DNA from: Haplodiscus bocki
Lineage: Eukaryota
NCBI GenBank assembly: GCA_965655095.1
Contig: OZ296652.1
Location: 55,552,001 to 55,616,000, forward strand
Direction: 5' to 3'
Length of the DNA stretch: 64,000 bases
In this document: positions 25,001-32,790 of the stretch, piece by piece
Layout of the letters: each line of letters begins with the position of its first letter
Numbering within the stretch: position 1 is the stretch's first letter
Translations under genes and position numbers: made by a program
The notes under the pieces: generated by a model
Told to the model about the DNA's origin: nothing
What the model saw: the letters and a program-made list of their open reading frames with translations, nothing else
Database searches by the model: none

Positions 25001-28000
25001 TCTGTCCTAGTCTTTTTTATTACCAGCTGAGTGAAGGAAATTTCGGTGGAGCACTTCCCTACTTTTTGTACAACAACACGCGCTTCAACAGTCAGTTGAT
25101 GTTTGCTAGCTTGTATGAACATATTTTTGCTCGCATAACAAATATGGAATTACCAGTAGCAGGCAACATTAAATACTTGTTCATGTTAACCGACGCGTTA
25201 TTGAACGTTAATTTACATCAGACAGTAACAAGTAGTTTTTTTAAAAGAGGTGTACAGAATATAGAAATAGCTGGTCAAAAAATGAATTCGTTCAGCGACT
25301 CAATCAAATACACTTTAACAGACTCTGAAAAAAATGTCAAAGAGTTGGCTGCAGCTATGAGGGACAACAAGCCTACGCTTTTTTTGACTTTGACCCTAAA
25401 TCAGAAAGAGCACTTTGGCGTGTCGCCGTTGATAAAGGCCATTGAGTCCTTGTTTCCCGACAAGACGTCTGAAAAATATAGAGCTTGCATGCAGACCTAC
25501 ATGCCTGTAATCCTACGCATGTGGAGTTTAACAGTAGACCATTTGATTAAGTATCTGTTAGAGTCTGGTGAAAATCTTCTTGGTGAAATTGTGAACATTT
25601 GGGGGCGCACTGAATTTCAATCACTAATAGGAAACCTTCCACATTATCACTTACTTTTGTGGCTGGAAAACATTGCGCTTGAGGAACTTCAGGACCTAGT
25701 AGCTTCAACTAAAAAACATCTGAGGTTTAAATTCGATGAGTTATTCCGTTCTGAATTACAAATAGTAAAAAACACCCAAGACATGGAGCGTATTTTTGAA
25801 AGTTTCGAGAAAATACATACTCACACATGTGAGAAAGGAAACAACCGTTGTATGAAAAAGGTAGACGCCCAGGGAAATAAAGTTTGTCGTTTTCCTCCAT
25901 ACCAACCCTCCAACATTACATGGCTGAAAGAGATTCCGCAAAGCTTCTCTGATGAGGCGATGAAAATTTTGCTAGAAGTTGGACTAGCTGAGGGCGATAT
26001 GGATGATTTTGAGCTGGTACAAGAGATGAAATGTCACAAATTTTCTTATCCTGCAACAAATAAAGATCATATAATGCCTAATTCGCCGAGACTTTTTGCT
26101 CTAACTTTGTCAAGTGGAAACGTTTTACTGATTACCGAAAAAATGGCCTCCAAGTACCTTAACAAATATGCAGCTGGTAAGGAGGAACATGCAGAGGTTC
26201 TGGTCAGTGCAGGAACCAGTGAGAAAAGAATGAAATTTAATGTTGGCCTGATTGAAAATAAAAAAATCACTGGAGTGAGTATCAACAGTGAAAAACAAAA
26301 AAGTTCCGTCAGACAAACAAAAGGCATCAGCGCTCTTCACGTTTCACAAACTGAATTTCTATGGTGGACCCTCAAACTGCCATCGGTGATAACAACTTTT
26401 GATTTTGTACACGTGCCATCAGTAAGTCTTGAAAACAGAGGAGCTATTTTGAAAAAAGGTGAAAAAATTGACACAGTAGAAACAACTAGTATTGCTCCTT
26501 TTCTCATTGTTCGTGAATCTCTGAATTTACCTGCTGAATGCTGTTTTACTTCTAACCAAAAGACTGTCATTGAGGACATTGAAAAATCAATATTAACTGT
26601 TGACAAAGTCACCAAGTTTTCTGTGAGGCCACCTCAATTACTTTTTGTTCGACAGCTCAAACAGTACTACTCTTTTTTCCTTGTGGCTAAAACTCTTAGG
26701 TCGAAAACGGAGCTGGTGGCTTCTTTGACCAAAACGCCAATCCCGTGGGTTGATGGCTTAAACGCAATGATTAAATTGCGGCCAAGTTCCGTTGACGAAA
26801 TGCGGAATTTTGTCAATGAAGCAATCGGAAAGGGAATTGCGACTGCTGATGTTTTCCTTTTTGAGCAAGTTTTGGACAACTTGCACGTTGACGCTTACCG
26901 AAAAACTTTTCTGTATATCAAGAATGACATTTCCAGAAGTCCTGCTGTCGTCGTTTTTTCTGATGTGAAGCCCACTCTTTGTTTCAAGTTTCTCTTGCAC
27001 TTGCTCTACACAATGGGAGAGTTCTCGACAGAAATTGATCTTTTCAATGAAGTAGATTTGAGAGGTTGCTTTGTGAAAGCCAAAATTTTGCCGGCAGGTC
27101 AATTGTCAAACGTAGACGCTCTGAGTCTTTTAAAACGTTACATTAGAGAGCAACTGTTTTTTCTTCCTGGAGGAAACGTCTCTTTCTCAAACAAAATTGT
27201 TGCTGCCCACGATGCGATAAAATCGTTGGTACTGGATAATTGTGTGGAACCATTGAAGTTTCCTGCTGTTCTTATGCAGACTTTGACTGAAACACTCGAA
27301 AGTAACATTCAGTCAACCTTTCAACAAGCGCAAGAAAAACTTTTCGATTCCATTAGGCCAAAGAACGTCAGCAATTTGCCCTTAAACAAAACATATCCCT
27401 TCCACAAGGTGTGGTTTCCCGATTTCAACAAGATGCGAATACAAACGGACCGGTCTTTCCACGAACAAGCAGCTATTCTCGACAATGTTTTGACAGCAAT
27501 GACAAAGTTTTTGAAGAAAAGGTGCTATAATTTCACAAAAAATCACGTAATTATGGGTAAACCAGGGGCTGGTAAAAGTCACGTGTCGGGCGTTTGTATA
27601 TTATTTGGTCTGATGAATGGTCTCAATTGTTATGTAACGAGCCTTGCCGCGCGGCGAGCAGCCATGTTCAATTGCGAACATATTCACCGGCTCTTCTGCA
27701 TTGGTATTAACAAGAACTATGATGTTGCATCCGAATCTGAAAAAGCCTTAAAAAAATTGTCAAACAAACCTGAGAAGAGAGCCTTGCTAATGTCACTGGA
27801 CGTTCTGCTGATTGAGGAGATTGGTCTAGTCAGCGCCGAGCTTCTGACTGTAATGGATTTAGTACTTCAGCGACTGAGAGACAACAACACTTTTTTTGGT
27901 GGGCTTTTTGTTTTGGCAAATGGAGACACAAACCAGCTGCCAACAATTGAAGGCACTGATGTTTTTTTGAGTCCAACATTAATTTTTCAGTTTAGATGTC

Positions 28001-28803
28001 ATTTTCTTCAACATTTCGTTAGAATGTGGGATACTGAGGGTAAAGAACTTTTGGAGAAAATGTCGTTAAAACCCATTTCACATCAAGATATCACCTGGAT
28101 AAAAAATGTCATTAGCAAACGCTGCACATTTGTTGATTCCTGGAAGGATGTCACCGACTGCACTTGCATGAAAGTGTTTGGAAAAAAAGAAGCTGAGCGC
28201 GAAGCAGTCAATTTGTTCCGCCAGTCCCTAGTCTCAAAAGGAACAACCTTTGTGGAGCTTTCAGCTGAAGATGAAATGTGTCCTCGACTCTCTAATACTT
28301 GGCTACCAGCTGATCAACGTTCATCTGAGTTTTTAGATAATCACTGCAGAGAACCTCGAAAAGTAATACTGACTGCAAATTGCTTGTTAAGATTGACTGT
28401 GAACACTGAGAATTTGTGCCAAGGCCAAATACTGATCTTAGCGGAAATGCCATCACCAGGTGATAAATGCATCGTTGTCTTCGTTGCTCCAAGTCTGGAA
28501 GCCGTTTCTGACCCAAGTCTGTTCACATCGTCTAAGTTTAAGTGCTGGCGTAAAACACGAATCAACACAACGATTGGTTTCGCTTTTGCAAAAGGTGATG
28601 TTTCTGTTCGACGTACCCAACTACCTGTGTCGAACTACGTTGCTCTCACATGTCACAAATTAATGGGAGACACGTTCGTTAAAATTGCTACGCAAGTCTC
28701 TTTGGTAGATCGGAAGTACAGTCTCTGGATGGCGTCGCAGCTCTATGTGATTATCAGTCGCGTCAACGATTTGAAAAACGTCACTTTCGTGGGATGCAAG
28801 TAA
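22087..28803 (+). CDS. Helitron-like Rep-helicase transposase (HUH Y2 endonuclease + PIF1-family SF1B helicase); start may be the ATG at 22123
   Basis: 2238-aa ORF. Rep motif 1 TLFLTLT (~25375), motif 2 GRTEFQ..GNLPHYHLLLW (HYH at 25642-25650) and motif 3 YLNKY (26155-26169). Helicase Walker A GKPGAGKS (27556), Walker B LLIEEIG (~27810), FGGLFVLANGDTNQLP, ALTCHKLMGDT and YVIISRV. Basic N-terminus (MVRRSKKKSRSRSR) and several Cys/His clusters. Confidence 0.95.
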   Translation: MSLLKFSLLTAAMVRRSKKKSRSRSRNTRGEFSRTTTDIDNFLVDANYESQTDVFTVEASVEFEALDSFDDRIIDSRNSSQEEPVNIDQEHEAAFFDCFDISSQFDLASSSGTELPGGELSEQEKLPDCVDEVFEKFGDTMNVLKRVDTKALSERKRFLVDPNVLVNTCDKCYRESTDTYPLDIQPTNTLNVNNNLYFGAPLVNNSSSKICSLCTRYLSCRQWKYAWAAVLCTLLFFGSHLGCNGEYFFSLLPCTFSSSWQSAAVNAGFNDMSLPLFNDFTVIEHDFTVLIEQKKAKALKYGLNFFTFPFVKCPYGCSAQVSAVGQTTFKHMLNFLFPLFTAFKANRRRLRGMRQDFLTGILHLKLFMSSPCLAVDDNGLNLVTCSLHNNAINKSFIHIASSPFGNLIHPHADRLGLIGTKLRSVTPSKVGVFSNSYTMATSVGGAEGISAVQLSSSRLLNIKSPQLLPQTESLFVNYRVDLHNFLRNLQNNHEIDENFVLSLFDCSDLPSVSNVETHIKSSTYITLFSMLSLHTFLKNTTSLKTCIPPSLIISHNPDSFGAKPFFPPASFLRKNISFFVLCQWFTNFEFFGHMLLNICNTHQFLFSYLSTLFKGYPVPLTRGVDLTCKTFSLAPHSFYQDTNFNLLAQVVESLPFCELVYCPTRSHILQIDTQSGITSSNVKVHAIVIVCNEGWSRPFDVPEYILLFGKNYRLVNVGGQDLNEIFLRYGGSFEHWWQFTVSNHVCTKTSPGFVFPPNLKRNWRFLLYLDNYRQLLDQTSCLQFFSTQDFVHCTEHSVPLSTDLNDTLYKCSVSGCSRKSRWRCPKVDCSACCCLKHFRAFSGRNQVVFVSPSDFVDYQRDSAESSSSLRSDGNFVEKADYEEFSFEGLNETGLFNEPLLQSEATYNTPLTENASSENVVPLHILFNKALPIFRRSGGKPDTLSKKFLRFFQNFVASNPGEIVSFLQVESLLCPSLFYYQLSEGNFGGALPYFLYNNTRFNSQLMFASLYEHIFARITNMELPVAGNIKYLFMLTDALLNVNLHQTVTSSFFKRGVQNIEIAGQKMNSFSDSIKYTLTDSEKNVKELAAAMRDNKPTLFLTLTLNQKEHFGVSPLIKAIESLFPDKTSEKYRACMQTYMPVILRMWSLTVDHLIKYLLESGENLLGEIVNIWGRTEFQSLIGNLPHYHLLLWLENIALEELQDLVASTKKHLRFKFDELFRSELQIVKNTQDMERIFESFEKIHTHTCEKGNNRCMKKVDAQGNKVCRFPPYQPSNITWLKEIPQSFSDEAMKILLEVGLAEGDMDDFELVQEMKCHKFSYPATNKDHIMPNSPRLFALTLSSGNVLLITEKMASKYLNKYAAGKEEHAEVLVSAGTSEKRMKFNVGLIENKKITGVSINSEKQKSSVRQTKGISALHVSQTEFLWWTLKLPSVITTFDFVHVPSVSLENRGAILKKGEKIDTVETTSIAPFLIVRESLNLPAECCFTSNQKTVIEDIEKSILTVDKVTKFSVRPPQLLFVRQLKQYYSFFLVAKTLRSKTELVASLTKTPIPWVDGLNAMIKLRPSSVDEMRNFVNEAIGKGIATADVFLFEQVLDNLHVDAYRKTFLYIKNDISRSPAVVVFSDVKPTLCFKFLLHLLYTMGEFSTEIDLFNEVDLRGCFVKAKILPAGQLSNVDALSLLKRYIREQLFFLPGGNVSFSNKIVAAHDAIKSLVLDNCVEPLKFPAVLMQTLTETLESNIQSTFQQAQEKLFDSIRPKNVSNLPLNKTYPFHKVWFPDFNKMRIQTDRSFHEQAAILDNVLTAMTKFLKKRCYNFTKNHVIMGKPGAGKSHVSGVCILFGLMNGLNCYVTSLAARRAAMFNCEHIHRLFCIGINKNYDVASESEKALKKLSNKPEKRALLMSLDVLLIEEIGLVSAELLTVMDLVLQRLRDNNTFFGGLFVLANGDTNQLPTIEGTDVFLSPTLIFQFRCHFLQHFVRMWDTEGKELLEKMSLKPISHQDITWIKNVISKRCTFVDSWKDVTDCTCMKVFGKKEAEREAVNLFRQSLVSKGTTFVELSAEDEMCPRLSNTWLPADQRSSEFLDNHCREPRKVILTANCLLRLTVNTENLCQGQILILAEMPSPGDKCIVVFVAPSLEAVSDPSLFTSSKFKCWRKTRINTTIGFAFAKGDVSVRRTQLPVSNYVALTCHKLMGDTFVKIATQVSLVDRKYSLWMASQLYVIISRVNDLKNVTFVGCK

Positions 28804-28869
28804 GCCAAAGTTTCTTAGGGTATAAGATGTTTTCCAAATTATGTCTCCTAACAGTTCTAATAATTTAAG
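28800..28869 (+). other. Predicted 70-nt spliceosomal intron fusing the helicase to the downstream ORF
   Basis: The GTAAGC donor overlaps the ORF stop, with CTAAC branch-like motif at 28848-28852 and TTTAAG acceptor. The splice gives ...GGA TGC AA|G CAG GAA in frame. An alternative acceptor at 28854 is also in frame. Confidence 0.7.
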
Positions 28870-29389
28870 GCAGGAAACCCTTGCTGCTGTAGAGCAAATA
28901 CTCCAAAAAACAACCCCGAAGGAACTCCAAGTTCAGGAACGATTTCAATTTTTGAAGAGGATGAGGTCTAACAATGGTGTAACCATCGACATAAACGACG
29001 TTTCATACATTCCCTATCGGGTTGATGTTCCTTTAGTGCCTCTTGGCTTCGTCTATCTTCTGGTTAGCGTTAAGCACGGACGTTTCAACATATGCTTTGT
29101 GGACGAAACTGAGGGGAACCTTCTGGCTGATTTAAGTAGACATAGTTCAGGACAATTTGACTGTTTAACACAACGGAAAGACTTGAGGCCTTGGGCTGTT
29201 GCTGCCTTCTGCTACGGTTTTGAAGTTGAACATCAGCGTGAGGACTTGAAGCAACAAATTGAAAGCGTTCTACATTTAGGTTTCCGCGTCGATACAATAG
29301 TTGATGAATTCGAGAAAAATTGCAAAAGCGGAAATTTTGGCGTTCTAACCTTTGTTAAATGTGGTTCCTTGATGACATATTACAACTGA
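28870..29389 (+). CDS. SLX1-like GIY-YIG nuclease domain, probably the C-terminal exon of the transposase; degenerate active site
   Basis: GFVYLLVS...CFVDETE..LLADLSRHSSG...T...LRPWAVAAFCYGF follows the SLX1-type pattern YxLxS...YIGxT..xxRLxxHNG...RPWxxxxxxxGF. Confidence 0.7.
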
Positions 29390-29901
29390 GCAGTGGAAAC
29401 TGATTTAAAAATATTTCTTCATTTAAAATGTTGTAGAGATTTAAACTGAAAATGACTTCTGTTTCTGTAATGTTGAAAATTTGAGTTTTGATGTTTAAAT
29501 TATGTGACTGAAAATGAAAGAAATTTGCTGCATGTATATACAAAACCGGAATTGTGGCATTTATTTTTCGTGCACTGAAGAAGGGACGTATTCCGCAAAA
29601 TGTGTTTTCAAGTGACATCATGTCATGTCAAGAGGTTGAATGAATGTTCGGTTATTTGTTCGTGCATTCTCGAATGCAAAACTTTGTTTTGCAGCTCTTC
29701 TTAATGTATTTGAAATTTCCATCCAAATCTTCATCGTAAACAGCTTCCGGTGCAATTGAAAGTTTATTTCTTGGCTACAACGAAAACATCAATGTTGACC
29801 TTTTTTTGAATATTTAGTTGTTTTCTGCGGTTGAAAAATGATGATGACAACAGTTGAACTTGGTCCTGCTTCAACTGGAACTCAATTTCTTAGACGAAAT
29901 A

Positions 29902-30984
29902 ATGCCTGCTGGTTACATTAAAACTGGAAAAAGTGTTGATGCTGTTCTACATGAAGTGGAGACGAAATTCGAGGAGAGGCAAAATAATGAAGTTATTGAC
30001 GATGAAATTTTTATTCCCAACCGCTTTAAATTGAAGTGTGTATTCTTATATTCTACAGCCGGGCAAAAAAAAATTAGTTTCTTCAAATCAAATAAAAACA
30101 ACTCCAAAATCCGAAGTCAGGAGGTTTCTAGTTACGACCGCTTCGTAGTTCTTGGGGTCGATGGCACCCAACATGTGTTACTGGCTTTGACCAACAGCTC
30201 TGAGGAATCCAGCAGACTACTGAATTTCAAAACCTTGAAGCCGGGCCAACCTGTCTGGATTCTGAGCCCGAAAGTGATAGGTTACCTGAAAGGAACACAA
30301 AATCCCCTAATTAGAACAGGAGATCCGTTGGTACCTTGTCCGCGGTCCAACCAATTTAGTTTGTCGCCCAGTGACGTTAATATCAGCAATTATGTGTTTT
30401 TCGATTTCTTGGCAACAAACTTGAGAGTCACACAGGCAGTGCCGCTTGATAATGTCTGTCGAGGGAAGCTTTGCGACTCGCAATGTAAGCCAACCAACTG
30501 TCCATGTCTTGTAGCAGAAACAAAAAAACATTGGGCACTTTCAGTGACTTTCAGCTGTGACGAGTTCAGCGAAGGTTTAGAGGAAGAGGAAGTTACCATC
30601 ACTTCCATGCAGCTGACGAAAGCTCTCATACACAGTTCTAAGAAATCGCATCAGCTAGTAAATGAAGAAATAGACACTTATGAGATGGAGGATGCTGTTT
30701 GTCGCCTCTGCACTTCCATCAACGCTGAACAAAAGTTCAGGGTTATCGGTTGGTTCAAGCCAGCGCAAACGGAGGAGGGGACAGTAGCCTCGGGTCACTT
30801 TGCATACCATATCTGCTCGTTAATTCCGCACGCGGATTTGAATGATAATCAGCAAGCACTTATGTACGGAGCGCCCGTGACATTTTTCAACGCGGCTACT
30901 GTGGATGTTGGATGTGTCAACCGTACCCCTTCTGGAGGGGTGATTGTGCCCGCTGGTCCGTCGTCATCTACAGATGGGTGTTAG
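29902..30984 (+). CDS. Hypothetical ~360-aa element-borne protein with a Cys cluster (CRGKLCDSQCKPTNCPC)
   Basis: Long uninterrupted ORF inside the element with protein-like composition. The ATG at 29902 is preceded by TTTCTTAG. Family not recognised with certainty. Confidence 0.8.
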   Translation: MPAGYIKTGKSVDAVLHEVETKFEERQNNEVIDDEIFIPNRFKLKCVFLYSTAGQKKISFFKSNKNNSKIRSQEVSSYDRFVVLGVDGTQHVLLALTNSSEESSRLLNFKTLKPGQPVWILSPKVIGYLKGTQNPLIRTGDPLVPCPRSNQFSLSPSDVNISNYVFFDFLATNLRVTQAVPLDNVCRGKLCDSQCKPTNCPCLVAETKKHWALSVTFSCDEFSEGLEEEEVTITSMQLTKALIHSSKKSHQLVNEEIDTYEMEDAVCRLCTSINAEQKFRVIGWFKPAQTEEGTVASGHFAYHICSLIPHADLNDNQQALMYGAPVTFFNAATVDVGCVNRTPSGGVIVPAGPSSSTDGC

Positions 30985-31252
30985 ACATCTGCAATGCCTC
31001 AGAGCCGTGGTTGCCGCCGTTATTGGAATTTATGAAAACACAAAACAACAACCAATCACTGAAACATGTCGCTCTGAATGATTCAACTTTTCTAATCAGA
31101 CACTTTAATTTTCCTGTTGCCTATTCCATTCTCTTTAAGCGTTAAATAGGAAAGTTCTGCAAGACGCAATTCCTTACGTGTCAAAACTTTTCGTACCACA
31201 TTTGGTAGTCGTAAAAGTATTCACAGCTCTATGTGAAGTGCTTGGTAATCAG

Positions 31253-31289
31253 CAATATCCTGGCTGTATAAGATACAGCCAGGATATTG
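31253..31289. other. Perfect 17-bp inverted repeat with a 3-nt loop
   Basis: CAATATCCTGGCTGTAT-AAG-ATACAGCCAGGATATTG. Confidence 0.95.
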
Positions 31290-32511
31290 ACTGCATCACT
31301 GTTGTCATCAGCTTTTTGTGTCGACACAGTTAAACTTTAGACGTGTCCATTAGCCACTTGGCGCCGGCAGATGTTTTATATAGATGAAATTTTTTTGAGC
31401 GCCTCACTATTTTTTGCCTTGTTTTGGAACTACTACACGCAATGTTTTTTGACGAGGAAAAAGTTTTCCCATCTGGCATGACGGGGAAGTGGATGATGTC
31501 TTGGAGTTTTTTTGTTGAGGGCCTTTCAACTCCAGATTGTGGCCAGATATTTGTAGCCGTAGAGAAATGGAAATTTCACTGAGCAACGATTATCTTTAAA
31601 TTCGCGTAAGTTTCACAGTTGCACCCTGAGTTGATGAACTGTTGATACAATCCGATATTTTTGCAGAATAACCTAACTCTCAACTTGTTGCAGAAAATAC
31701 TATTTGAAGGTTGTTCGAAAATTGTGTGGTAATTCTGTTGTGAAACACTTATCCAAAATTTTTTGTCTTCAAAAATGTATATCTATGTAAAACTCGATGA
31801 TCGAATGTATGTCAAAGCAACAGTTTCAACGAAATATTGAGACAGGGACAGAAGGATGAAATACACCTCACATAACATTGCAAGCTGTTTAGCTCAATCC
31901 AAAAACAACGCTGTGGTGTTTTAAGGAAATCCTCATACATGCAAGCATGAGGCAAGTCTGTACACGTAAATTGAATTCTGAATTTACAATTATCAACAGT
32001 TTGAGTTGGCCATGGAGAAATCATAAGTGCAATTTTTTGAGAAAATTAATTTCTGATACAGCTGATATGGACCAGTGGCTAAAGTGACAAGACATTGTGT
32101 TCGACATCTTGTTCTTAACTTTGGTTACCCTTCTCATATGAGCGCCAGCTTTTTTTTAGTTGCACCCTGCGTGACTTCAATGTTGAAAAATGATTCAAGT
32201 AAAGCATTGAAACTTTTGAAAAAATCCCGTAGGATGTTTTCTGTCGCATTTGAGAGCAAAAAATTGAAATTAGGGTTAGTCTTTAGGCTGTGTTAACGTT
32301 AATAGAAAGAATAATCAATAACCAAGCGATAACGTGACTAGCTGTGTTCGAAAAATCAGCGAATAGTAGTCTTGAAAACACATAAACAATTTTTCACATT
32401 TGAATGGAATTTTCTAATTCCATTAGAATTAAAAGAACGTAGGTTCATGAATTGTTGATATATTCTACTCAAACGCAAAGGCTCGAGCCATTTCGAAAAC
32501 TTTAAACATGT

Positions 32512-32790
32512 GAGGCTTGTCTGTTAGAGGCAGCATGCCTAACAGATGAAACGCTGCTTTTGGCTTGTCTGTTGGAAACAGCTTGCCTAAGACATGCAAG
32601 GTTGCGGTTGGCTTGTCTGTTGGAAATAGCATGCCTAAGTTTTGAGAGTTTGCATTTGACTTGTCTGCCCAAAGCAGCTAGTCTAAAATATGCATTTTTA
32701 ATGTTGGCTTGTCTGTTCGAAGCAGCATGCCTTAGTTTTGAGAGTTTGCATTTGACTTGTCTGCCCAAAGCAGCTGGTCTAAAACATGTT
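32512..32790. repeat. 48-bp minisatellite, ~6 copies
   Basis: RCTTGTCTG anchors at 32515, 32563, 32611, 32659, 32707 and 32755. Open on both strands as 16-aa repeats. Confidence 0.9.
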
